Part shown: positions 27,884 to 37,283 of the stretch, in pieces
Numbering within the stretch: the stretch's first letter is position 1
Layout of the letters: every line of letters starts with the position of its first letter
DNA from: a virus
Taxonomy: Duplodnaviria; Caudoviricetes
IMG/VR virus record: IMGVR_UViG_3300033064_000910
Span: 20,769 to 84,768 of that record
Strand: one strand, 5' to 3'
DNA: 64,000 nucleotides
Program-made: the position numbers and the translations under genes
Notes under the pieces: generated by a model
Told to the model about the DNA's origin: nothing
Database searches by the model: none
Seen by the model: the letters and a program-made list of their open reading frames with translations, nothing else

Positions 27884-29659
27884 TCAAATTTTACTATCAT
27901 CTAATAGATTTTTTTCATCAAGCATACCCGCTTTTTCAATTAAAACTTGTTTTTTTGATGAAATTCCGTTTATATATTCTCTTGCTAGCTTCTTAGCGTT
28001 TGTGTTTAGTACTCTATCCTCTCTTTTTCTCTCTTTCTCATTTTCTTTATTACCTAATGGGTCTCTACCATATGGATGTTTATCTTTACCATAAGTATTA
28101 CCTTCTCTAGGTCTACCAATTCCTCTGTTTAATTCAATCTCAGTTTTTAATTTACTGATTTCTTCTTCCACATTTTGTTGTTCTGGTGGATTTGCTGGGT
28201 CTTGTCCTTGCTGTTCAATTGAATTATGTCTGAAACGGTCTTTAAGGTCTAAAACTACTTTAGCCCTTTCCATATCAATCTCATCTTCGGATAGTCCAAA
28301 TACATTGTGATAAGCCCAATCGGAAGATAACATATTAAGTGCTTTTACGTCAGTTGCTAATCTTACTTTTTCAGACCACAAATTAACCTTCTCTTGCTCA
28401 TAGATTGTAGATGCGTTGGTTAGAGTTAATTCAAAATTAGTCATTTCAGAATCATCAATACCTTGAGCTGCTAAATGTACGATTGCTATTTTAGTTAATT
28501 CACTAACAACTGTTCTTTGAATTCTTTCGATAGTTCTAGCAAAACGAACATCTTCCGCCGCCAAAGTAGCTTTACCATTAACGTTCTCATCATATGATAA
28601 GTAAGCCTTTGGAACTCTTAATGCTGCAAATAATTTATTCTTTAAGTAATCGATATCTTCAATAGCTGCATATTCTAAACCTTGTAGGTTATCAATGGTT
28701 GTACCACTATCACTACCACGTACAGGTAAGAAAAAATCTTCAGTAAGGTTTTGTATGTTGTATTTTAAATTATAATCACCGGTATCTTTATTAACAAATG
28801 GAGTTTTCTTCATTTTATTAATAATCTTCTGCATATAGTTATCAACTTCTTGCGGTGGGATGTTACCTATATCAATTTTGAACACTCTCTTTTCAGGTGC
28901 TCTCATAATACGATGAATTAACATCGCATCTTCCATAAGGGATAATTGTTTCCAAATTCTCCTAGCTCCCTCTACCATTGATTTACCATATGGGAGAAAG
29001 TTTGTATCGGATAACATTCTAAAGTGAGCCATTTCATACTGCTCATACTCTTTTTTACCCAAACGGTCCATTTCAACCTTATACTTTACATAATCAGGAT
29101 TATTAGGGTCAGTACCTTCTAATCTTTCTACATTATAGATTGAATGTGGAGCAACATTAATAATACCTTTACCAGGCATAATTTCTAATGCTATAAAAGC
29201 ATCACCATATTTTACTAAATTTCTAATCCAAGGCCATAAATTAAATTCTATGTTCATTATATCATAGAATAAATTATGTAACATATCTCTTACATTTTCA
29301 TTTGTAGATTTGATTTGAAGAACATCACCATATTCATTCTTAGTTGTAGATTCATCTGCGTATATATCTAAAGCCGACCCAATGATTGGGTCTGAATCCA
29401 TTGCATCGTAATCTCTAAAAAGTTCTCTACGAACCTGATGATATGCCATTGACTGTGCTCCCGCATTACTATCGTAATAAGAGCGTTGTAATTTTGTATA
29501 TCTATCTTTAAGATTTACAAAGTTTGTGCTTTGTTGGCGTTCTTCGGTATCAACAACCGTACGCTTACCATCTTTATCAACGGTTACAATTGCGTTTGTT
29601 GAAAATAATTTCTTTAACCTACCAAAAAAACTTCTATCATCCAATTCTTGTTCTGCCAT
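27884..29659 (-). CDS. gp20: Portal protein (T4 gp20-like)
   Basis: LMEDAMLIHRIMRAPEKRVFKIDIGN, EDFFLPVRG, YLKNKLFAALRVPK. Confidence 0.96.
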   Translation of the reverse strand: MAEQELDDRSFFGRLKKLFSTNAIVTVDKDGKRTVVDTEERQQSTNFVNLKDRYTKLQRSYYDSNAGAQSMAYHQVRRELFRDYDAMDSDPIIGSALDIYADESTTKNEYGDVLQIKSTNENVRDMLHNLFYDIMNIEFNLWPWIRNLVKYGDAFIALEIMPGKGIINVAPHSIYNVERLEGTDPNNPDYVKYKVEMDRLGKKEYEQYEMAHFRMLSDTNFLPYGKSMVEGARRIWKQLSLMEDAMLIHRIMRAPEKRVFKIDIGNIPPQEVDNYMQKIINKMKKTPFVNKDTGDYNLKYNIQNLTEDFFLPVRGSDSGTTIDNLQGLEYAAIEDIDYLKNKLFAALRVPKAYLSYDENVNGKATLAAEDVRFARTIERIQRTVVSELTKIAIVHLAAQGIDDSEMTNFELTLTNASTIYEQEKVNLWSEKVRLATDVKALNMLSSDWAYHNVFGLSEDEIDMERAKVVLDLKDRFRHNSIEQQGQDPANPPEQQNVEEEISKLKTEIELNRGIGRPREGNTYGKDKHPYGRDPLGNKENEKERKREDRVLNTNAKKLAREYINGISSKKQVLIEKAGMLDEKNLLDDSKI

Positions 29660-29667
29660 AATTTATT

Positions 29668-30105
29668 TTACCATTTACGGCAACTCCAATAGTTTGCCTT
29701 TGTTCTTGGACCCGGATTATCACAATTCATTCTTGCTCTAAATGATTTTCTAGCAGCAGGATTATCTTTTTTAATTACCATTCCTTTTTGTCCGAAGTTT
29801 ACTTTAATGATTTTACCAGTCTTAGGATTCTTTACATATACCTTAAACTTTTTAACATCACCTTGAGTTGGTTTACCTAACTTCACTTCTCTACCCTGAT
29901 ATTCTGCTTCATATACACAATTACAATTTGCTTCTTCTAATTGAGTTGAATATCCTTTTAAGAAATTTATAAAATCATCCATATCTTCTTGCTCAACATC
30001 CAATTCATCATAATCATCAATTGGATTGTCTTGTGGTGTATCCCCCAAAGAATATGCGTTATCTACATATTCATCTTCGTTTAAGATATTTTTAAGTCTA
30101 ATCAT
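29668..30105 (-). CDS. Phage protein with acidic leader and basic RKSFRAR/YWSC domain
   Basis: KVNFG...ARKSFRARMNCD...ANYWSCRKW. Confidence 0.7.
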   Translation of the reverse strand: MIRLKNILNEDEYVDNAYSLGDTPQDNPIDDYDELDVEQEDMDDFINFLKGYSTQLEEANCNCVYEAEYQGREVKLGKPTQGDVKKFKVYVKNPKTGKIIKVNFGQKGMVIKKDNPAARKSFRARMNCDNPGPRTKANYWSCRKW

Positions 30106-30167
30106 TTTAGTTTACTTTATTTTGACATATACCATAAATATCGTAAATTGTCAAAACACTACATTTT

Positions 30168-31763
30168 TTACAACCACTGTGTTAGGTCTTCAATATCATC
30201 TCCAATTTTCATTTTCCAAGGGTTATCAACCATTTCGTTTCCTCCATATACTCCTTCGTATTGTTGATTAGAACTTATACCACCTAAAGCTCTTTTAGTA
30301 AGGTCTATTCCTTCCTGTCTTAAACGAAGTGCAGTATCTCTAACCCACAACCCAATACACAATGCCATAACCAAATCATCATTATAACTTTTCATAGCTT
30401 CCGCTCTACCATTTATAAATATAAAAGTAAATAACTCATCTATTAAACGATTGGAACGAATGGTTACTGATTTCTCTCTAAAATACTCATCCAATTTAGA
30501 AATAATAAGTGGACGGGTTTTAGAGGTTGTTGAAAATCCAGCTACCATTTGTCTTTCATCCGCTCGATATTTGTTTCTCATTTGATTTTCTACATCCACA
30601 TACTTTAAATCCTTACTCATATAGAATAGATTTTTGTATGCTCTATCAATTACCTGTTGAATACACGCCCAACCAATGTTTGCATTCTCTATTACAAGAA
30701 GTGCATCATTATATTGTGTAGATAATTCAACTAAGAAGTTTCCAAAATCTTTTGTATCAACCTTACCTTTATATTCCGCAACCTGTGTACACGTGTTTAT
30801 TTCTATAACATGAGCTGCGGAATAATCCGAGCCATCTCCTCTTGCTACGTCCGCAATAACCATATAAGAACCACCTACGGTTGGGTATTCCCATCTCCAT
30901 AAGTTACCATCAAATCCAGTTTTTTCTAATGGCTCTTTACAAAATGATTCTTTATAAAACATCAATAGCTCCGGCTCAATTACGGTATCACCAGATGAAA
31001 CAAAGTCACAATCACATTCTTGTGCTGCTTTCTTTATTCCTAATAGTTTCTCCTGCTCAGCCCTCCAAGCCTCACCTCTTTCAGGATGTAAGCTCCAATG
31101 TAATTTAATTGTATTGAATGGGCTACTACCTTCTTCAGCACTTAACCAAGTTTTATGAAACCAATTACCCACGCCATTTGGAGTAGAAAGTGCTATACAA
31201 GCTCCACCCGTTGATAGTGTTGATTGTGCCGCTACCCAAATCTCATCGATATCATCAATGAAAGCTGCTTCATCAAATATTAAAAGTGATAAGGCTTCAG
31301 AACGTCCTGCATCAGCAGAAGATGCAATAGCCTTAATTTGAGAACCGTTATGCAAACGAAGGGAAAGTTTATTATCTTCCAAAGAACCGCCTTTTAACCA
31401 ACCTGGAAGTAATTCATGCATTACTCTAACCTTTGTTACTAAGTTCTTTGCAACATCTTGCTTTGTTGCAATAACCAATACGTTAAAATCAGAATTAAAT
31501 ATCATTTTCCAAAGTGCGTATCCAGCCGATAAAGTTGAGATACCAGTTTGTCGTGATTTAAGTACTATATTAAATCGGTTATCTTTAAATTGAGTTAGTG
31601 TTTTTTCCTGAAATGGAAATAAGTGAAATGGTATCTTACCTCTAACCGGATGTTGAATCATGCAATACTTCTTCATAAAGTGAATCGGGTCTACCGCGCA
31701 CTTTTTGTATTCTTCTGCTACTATCTCTTTTAGAGTTTTCTTTTGTGTTATACCAGTACTCAT
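30168..31763 (-). CDS. terL: Terminase large subunit (T4 gp17-like)
   Basis: Walker A KSRQTGIST, Walker B LIFDEAAF, STPNG coupling motif, nuclease ADVARGDGSD and DDLVMA. Confidence 0.96.
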   Translation of the reverse strand: MSTGITQKKTLKEIVAEEYKKCAVDPIHFMKKYCMIQHPVRGKIPFHLFPFQEKTLTQFKDNRFNIVLKSRQTGISTLSAGYALWKMIFNSDFNVLVIATKQDVAKNLVTKVRVMHELLPGWLKGGSLEDNKLSLRLHNGSQIKAIASSADAGRSEALSLLIFDEAAFIDDIDEIWVAAQSTLSTGGACIALSTPNGVGNWFHKTWLSAEEGSSPFNTIKLHWSLHPERGEAWRAEQEKLLGIKKAAQECDCDFVSSGDTVIEPELLMFYKESFCKEPLEKTGFDGNLWRWEYPTVGGSYMVIADVARGDGSDYSAAHVIEINTCTQVAEYKGKVDTKDFGNFLVELSTQYNDALLVIENANIGWACIQQVIDRAYKNLFYMSKDLKYVDVENQMRNKYRADERQMVAGFSTTSKTRPLIISKLDEYFREKSVTIRSNRLIDELFTFIFINGRAEAMKSYNDDLVMALCIGLWVRDTALRLRQEGIDLTKRALGGISSNQQYEGVYGGNEMVDNPWKMKIGDDIEDLTQWL

Positions 31764-31764
31764 A

Positions 31765-32448
31765 TTAATCGTTAAGTGGTCTTACTAAATCGTAATTTTT
31801 ATCTTTTAATTTTTCGTAAGCCTCATTTCTTAATTTAGTAGCTTGTTCAATCTCACCTTCAAATTTAACAATATCTAAAAGTATTTCTGCTTTTAATTCA
31901 TTAACATCTCTTTCCATACTCCATTTTTCAATTGTGCCATCTTCTTGAACTACTTCGTATGTTTGTTTAGCATCGTTATATGCTTGCTTAAATTGTGCTA
32001 CCACATCATTACCATATGCAATCATATTAGAATATATTTTATAATCTTCATATTCTTTCCACAATCCATCATATTTTATCTGAGCTTCTCTCAATGTAAG
32101 ACAATGTAAACAATATCCAGTTTTAGATATTAATTTTTTATCAACTCTACCTATTTTGATTGTTTTACAATTATCCGATTTACAACTATTCAACTTATCT
32201 AAGTAAGCTCTTGTTTCGGCCATTATATCACCAAGTTCCGAAAATTCTATTCTACCACCTTCAGATTGTTCCCAAGACCTACCATTTTCATCAGTCCATT
32301 TTTCACCAACCTTATGTTTTATAATTTTTTTATCTGCACCAGAAAATGAAATAAATGAGTCCTTTTCATATTCAGCCCCATGCATTACCATATCAACCAA
32401 CTTCCTACGAGTTGGATGCATAAACTTTTTCTTGAATTCTCTTGCCAT
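31765..32448 (-). CDS. Hypothetical protein
   Basis: 227 aa, Cys pattern C.S..C...YC..C, coupled to terL. Confidence 0.65.
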   Translation of the reverse strand: MAREFKKKFMHPTRRKLVDMVMHGAEYEKDSFISFSGADKKIIKHKVGEKWTDENGRSWEQSEGGRIEFSELGDIMAETRAYLDKLNSCKSDNCKTIKIGRVDKKLISKTGYCLHCLTLREAQIKYDGLWKEYEDYKIYSNMIAYGNDVVAQFKQAYNDAKQTYEVVQEDGTIEKWSMERDVNELKAEILLDIVKFEGEIEQATKLRNEAYEKLKDKNYDLVRPLND

Positions 32449-32503
32449 ATTAGGTTTGATATATTTGTATATATAAGTATATCAAAATTCGAAAAACAAT
32501 TAA

Positions 32504-35269
32504 TTATCTTGAAAATTTAAAAATACCAAGTATTTGATTAAGAGGTGCAAATGCTCCGGTTAATTTGTATGTATTACCATTATACACAAAAACTAACCCC
32601 TCATTAGGAACAATTTTATCAAATCCCCCCAAAGAATTTAATCTTTGTAATTCTATTTTTAACTTATCTAATTGAGATGCAGTACCAGTTGCTTTTAATG
32701 ATTTAATAGCACTACCCAATTCAGCTCTCATCTTTTTAGTTGCATCTGATGGGTTTGCTGTAAGTACCGATTGCGCAAATGCTAATACATCTGCACCAAC
32801 ACCTAAGAATATCTCCTCAAATTTCATTATGTTTTCCTTTGATATCTTAGCTTGGTCTTTTTTATCCATATTATCAGCCCATGCTTTTATTTTAGCATCT
32901 TGTATTGTAGCGATACGAAATCCCTTATCACCAAACGCCCATCGTTTAACTAATCCTATTTTTTGTTGTGCATCTAAACCCTTTGCATTTTTATTTACCA
33001 AATCGGTCCAATATGCTTGATGGTAATCAGCAACACCCGCTGAATCTGATAATTTATATTCCGATTGTAATTTATTTATCATTGAAATATATTTACCTTG
33101 CTTTTTAGTCAATTCTTCGGATTTTGGCAATGATAACATTGGTGGTCCTTGTATTGTGTATGTCGATTGTACATGCTTATTAACCTGCTTAATCATTCCA
33201 GCCAATATACTTGCAGCTTGTTGGTTTTCACCAATTACCTCACCACTTTCATCATATTCAAATGTACCATGAAATACTAAAAGATTTTGGCCATATGGGA
33301 TTACGTTTGCATTCTTAGGATATATTACTTCCAAATTCATAAAACATGCACCATCTTTAAATATCTTTTTCTTTTGTGGTTCGGATAATGCAGATACTGC
33401 TGCAGACAAATCTTTCATTGCAAATGTATATGCATCGGTTAATGCACCCCTATTAGCAAAGTTAGTAGCTACTTGCCCTATTGTCATAGCACCCTCACCT
33501 TTGTTCTTTAAATGTGATTTATTTCTAGCTGCAACCAATCTACCATTTACCCAACTAATTGCCAATGCTTGCCCATCAGTCTTTTCTCTTGCTAATTCTA
33601 AATCACCATTCAATGCTCTTACCACAATTTGCTTTAAATCACCAAATGTAAGATTCATTTCAATATCAAACGGATGGTTCATATGTCCATAAGCCCCACC
33701 TTCTAATAATAATGATTCGTTTACTGATTCTTTCTTCAAACTTCTTTTTTGTTGAATCAATTGTTGTATTTCTGAAAATAAATCTGCAATTTCTTTATTT
33801 AATTTCTTTTCATCTGTACTCATTGGGGATTCTATATCAACATTAGAATAAAGTTTTTTCTTTTTTGCAATTAAAATATCTGCTTTTTTAAGTAAATCAT
33901 TTTTTACCTTATCTAAATCTTTTATAATTTCCGATGAAGTTGCTTCTTTTACCGGAGTGTATTCATCACTATCATCACCATCTAATTTAGATTTTAATTT
34001 CTTAACATCTTTAGTATCAGGTGCTCCATTGATATATCCACCTGGTAAACTTAAACCTACACCAGCTCCACCACCTAATCCCATCTCATCTAATAGGTTA
34101 TCAAAATCCTCAACTATTTCTTTAATATCTTCTTTTGAAATTATTGTATCTTTTTGATTTTCAGGAAGTTCCCAAAATCTTTTAGGTTTTTTTACTGTTT
34201 TTTTAGGTTTTACTTCTTTCCAATCTTCTACCTTAAAAGGGTCATCTGCTGGATTTAATGTACTTTTTTCTACATTATTTATTTTGTAATACGATTTTCT
34301 AAATTGAGTTTCAGTATCTTTTGTCTTACCAACTCCTCTCATATTATCCGCTTTGGGTTTATCTAATTGAATGTATCCACCTTGCTTATACCAATTTTCA
34401 GGCTTTTCTTTATTTAATATTCGTTTTTGTCTATCTGCTACAAATGATGTATCAGGTTCATCCGCTCCACTAAATCCACTATTAGATGCAGCTTCTTTTA
34501 ATTCTTCTTTTTTAGGAATTCTAAATGTTGCTACCTTCTTACCATTAATTGTTGGCATTCCCCAATCATCTGTACCTATTGTTTTTACTACTACTTTTTT
34601 GTTTTTGAATCTTCCCATTAGAATAGTATCTCCAATTTTGACATTTATTTTAATTTCCTCATTAATACATTCTTTTAAACTCTTTAACTTAAGAGTGATT
34701 AATTTGAATATTTGAGAATCAAATTTAGGATATGCTTTTGTAAAATTCTTTTTTCTTTCTTCCTCACTACCAGCACTTAACCAATAACGAACATCAGTAC
34801 CACTAATAGGATTTGCTGTTGCGGGTGAAGCGTACACATATCCTTTATCTAAATACCCTTGCTCTACTTTACCTTTATATGGAGTGAAGTATTTACCACT
34901 TAATCGGTTTTGGTCCTTTTCACCAACTACAACAATTAAACCAGTTGTATCAGAATCATACTTATTTAGTATTTCTTCGGGTCTATATGGATTTTTGACA
35001 TTAACAATTTTAGATGATGGTATCCCAAACATCTGCATCATTATTGCTTTCTTTTCCTTAAAATTAAATGGAGATTTCTTTGAATCGGTAACATTAGAAG
35101 TTCCGATATATACGCTATCCTTTCCGAATTTGCGTATTAAATTTTCATAAGTTGCGTAATGGCCCTTATGAAATGGTTGAAAGCGGCCAGAATAGACAAC
35201 AACTACTTTGTCCATTTCAGCCGCTTCATCCAATATTGTTTCTACTAAAAATTTTGCTAATCCTTTCAT
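32504..35269 (-). CDS. Multidomain protein: N-terminal HxGH nucleotidyltransferase (NadM/NMNAT-like) and C-terminal covalent nucleotidyltransferase (RNA-ligase-like) domain, with intervening modules
   Basis: SGRFQPFHKGH; EKTDG, NLEVIY, LVFHG, NEGLVF and YKLTG motifs; ESVNE linker at about 33716-33731. Confidence 0.7.
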   Translation of the reverse strand: MKGLAKFLVETILDEAAEMDKVVVVYSGRFQPFHKGHYATYENLIRKFGKDSVYIGTSNVTDSKKSPFNFKEKKAIMMQMFGIPSSKIVNVKNPYRPEEILNKYDSDTTGLIVVVGEKDQNRLSGKYFTPYKGKVEQGYLDKGYVYASPATANPISGTDVRYWLSAGSEEERKKNFTKAYPKFDSQIFKLITLKLKSLKECINEEIKINVKIGDTILMGRFKNKKVVVKTIGTDDWGMPTINGKKVATFRIPKKEELKEAASNSGFSGADEPDTSFVADRQKRILNKEKPENWYKQGGYIQLDKPKADNMRGVGKTKDTETQFRKSYYKINNVEKSTLNPADDPFKVEDWKEVKPKKTVKKPKRFWELPENQKDTIISKEDIKEIVEDFDNLLDEMGLGGGAGVGLSLPGGYINGAPDTKDVKKLKSKLDGDDSDEYTPVKEATSSEIIKDLDKVKNDLLKKADILIAKKKKLYSNVDIESPMSTDEKKLNKEIADLFSEIQQLIQQKRSLKKESVNESLLLEGGAYGHMNHPFDIEMNLTFGDLKQIVVRALNGDLELAREKTDGQALAISWVNGRLVAARNKSHLKNKGEGAMTIGQVATNFANRGALTDAYTFAMKDLSAAVSALSEPQKKKIFKDGACFMNLEVIYPKNANVIPYGQNLLVFHGTFEYDESGEVIGENQQAASILAGMIKQVNKHVQSTYTIQGPPMLSLPKSEELTKKQGKYISMINKLQSEYKLSDSAGVADYHQAYWTDLVNKNAKGLDAQQKIGLVKRWAFGDKGFRIATIQDAKIKAWADNMDKKDQAKISKENIMKFEEIFLGVGADVLAFAQSVLTANPSDATKKMRAELGSAIKSLKATGTASQLDKLKIELQRLNSLGGFDKIVPNEGLVFVYNGNTYKLTGAFAPLNQILGIFKFSR

Positions 35270-35299
35270 ATAGTTATCTTACTATATAAATATTGGATA

Positions 35300-35701
35300 T
35301 TATTCTTTTACAACTTTCATACCAGAACTAGCCGGTTGTTGAGCTTGTTGTCTTTGCTGTTCAGCTTGTTGTTTTCTAGTAGGTGCTCCAGGTTGGTATT
35401 GAATTGTACCATCCTGTATATTAACTCTACCTTGAGGATATTGCTCATCTAAAGCATCGAGTATATCTCTTAATTCTTTATTAGTAGCTGCTAATTCTTC
35501 TTGTCCTTGTACTAAAAATTCATCCATAGAGATTATATCTAATTCAATTTCTTTTTTCCTAACATAGATTTTTCCAAATTCTTGAATAATCGATGCCGCT
35601 TTATCGTTTAGCTCGGTGATGCTTTTTAATACACCTTCATCTAATTTTACCGATTCAATCTCAATTGATTGTTTTTGTGGGATTTTATCTAATTCTGCCA
35701 T
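35300..35701 (-). CDS. Coiled-coil hypothetical protein, paralogue of 39497-39748
   Basis: TNKELRDILDALDEQYPQGRVNIQDG vs TNKELNIILADLNQKYPNGEINLVEG. Confidence 0.7.
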   Translation of the reverse strand: MAELDKIPQKQSIEIESVKLDEGVLKSITELNDKAASIIQEFGKIYVRKKEIELDIISMDEFLVQGQEELAATNKELRDILDALDEQYPQGRVNIQDGTIQYQPGAPTRKQQAEQQRQQAQQPASSGMKVVKE

Positions 35702-35736
35702 AAGTTTTTGTTTTTGTTTTTATATATATAAGTATA

Positions 35737-36126
35737 TTACTTTTTATTTTTTAATATATTAGTTGTACTAAATCCTTCTATTTTTTCAAAAAATTCAATA
35801 CTAGGTACATTCTCCAATCCTATTATTTCTTTATATTTGTATTCACCACCAATAACCATTATATCCGTATCCCATTCTTTTATACAATTACGAAGTTCAT
35901 CATCTGTATCAAACGATACAACTGAATTAACACCAGCAATAGCAGATAAGAATTCCATACGGTCATCTAATTTATTAAAAGGTCTTTCTATTCCTTTCTT
36001 TGAACGAACTCTTTCATCAGTATCGATACCCACTCTTAATACACCCAAAGATGCTGCGTGTAATATAAGTCTAATATGTCCAATGTGTAACACATCAAAT
36101 GTTCCATTTACCCAAATCTTTTTCAT
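35737..36126 (-). CDS. rfaE: Heptose 1-phosphate adenylyltransferase (RfaE/HldE domain II-like, ADP-heptose synthase)
   Basis: NGTFDVLHIGH, GIDTDERVRSKKGIERPFN..DDRMEFL, IMVIGGEY, GFSTTNIL. Confidence 0.8.
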   Translation of the reverse strand: MKKIWVNGTFDVLHIGHIRLILHAASLGVLRVGIDTDERVRSKKGIERPFNKLDDRMEFLSAIAGVNSVVSFDTDDELRNCIKEWDTDIMVIGGEYKYKEIIGLENVPSIEFFEKIEGFSTTNILKNKK

Positions 36127-37283
36127 TACAAAAATTTTTCTAATTCTTTTATTACCGTTTCAGATGTTATCAATTTTGTACATTCAAATTGTCTTTCAGT
36201 ACCTTTGTGGTCTGGACACCAATTCCAATCAGATGGGTCTAATCTCACTCTATTAAAACAACCTTCACATTTTCCTTTTGGTGCAGCAATTCTTACACAA
36301 TCTTCCATTTCTGCCCAATCGTATGAGAATCCACTTATTAAAACAGTTGGTACATTTAAACTCCAACTTAACCAACTTAATCCACTACCTATACCAATAA
36401 ATGCTTTTGATTTTAACATTTCATCCATAACTAATTCCAAAGGACCGTGTGGATGTTGAACTACTCCTTTTGGTAATTTGTTTCCCATATAATCATCCCC
36501 TTCCTTTGAAAGTAATTTTACCGTATATCCTTTGTTATTTAACCAATCAACAACAGTCTGCCATCCTGTTGGATTATTCCAAAATTTGGATTGTGCTGTA
36601 CCAAATACACCGATACAAACTTGTTTAAGTGATGGGTCTATTTGTAAGTTTCTTTTTTTAATTTTAGGTTTTACTTCTACAAAATCTAATCCCAATATAT
36701 CAGAACACATTTTTTGCATTGTTTGTGCTTTTGGGTCTATTGGATTTTTATAAAGATTAATTCTACTATCATCGTTATAAAACAATCCAATTTTATACAT
36801 TGCATATAGTCCTTCTACATTTGTTCCTGGCTCCACAAATGATATTTCAGGATATTGGTCTATAAACATATGATTCATAAATGTTGAAGTTATTACCTTA
36901 CAATTATGTTTTTTTCTAAATTCATCTACATATGCAAACCAAGCCAATGAATCTCCTAATGCCTTTGAATCTATTGCTATATATACACGTTTATCCTTTG
37001 CATCGTAAAGATATTCATACCACAATTTTCCATTTTCATAAATTTTTATATTCCACTCTACAAAATATTCTATACTACATTTACACCAACAATTATTTTT
37101 TATTGTAGTTGAATAATAAATTTTTCCACTTTTGTTATCTATAAATTCAACGGTATAATCAGAACTTATATTTCCCTGTACTTCCACATATGGACCATTG
37201 ACAAAATAAATTATTACTTTATTTTTTACTTCAACTATATTGTTTTTATTTTTCTTTAAATTATCGTATATCATTAACTCCAA
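36126..37283 (-). CDS. aah: Autotransporter strand-loop-strand protein O-heptosyltransferase (AAH/TibC family)
   Basis: N-terminal beta domain ending YFVEWNIKI, ALGDSLAWF, FIGIGSGLSWLSW, and four-Cys iron finger CEGC...WCP...FECTK. Likely start is 37274 (TAATG coupling). Confidence 0.88.
   Translation of the reverse strand: MELMIYDNLKKNKNNIVEVKNKVIIYFVNGPYVEVQGNISSDYTVEFIDNKSGKIYYSTTIKNNCWCKCSIEYFVEWNIKIYENGKLWYEYLYDAKDKRVYIAIDSKALGDSLAWFAYVDEFRKKHNCKVITSTFMNHMFIDQYPEISFVEPGTNVEGLYAMYKIGLFYNDDSRINLYKNPIDPKAQTMQKMCSDILGLDFVEVKPKIKKRNLQIDPSLKQVCIGVFGTAQSKFWNNPTGWQTVVDWLNNKGYTVKLLSKEGDDYMGNKLPKGVVQHPHGPLELVMDEMLKSKAFIGIGSGLSWLSWSLNVPTVLISGFSYDWAEMEDCVRIAAPKGKCEGCFNRVRLDPSDWNWCPDHKGTERQFECTKLITSETVIKELEKFL

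Noticed and set aside
18837-31763. Introns or inteins in capsid, portal or terminase genes
   Set aside because: Lengths and motif spacing are ordinary, with no inserted LAGLIDADG/HNH or intein blocks.
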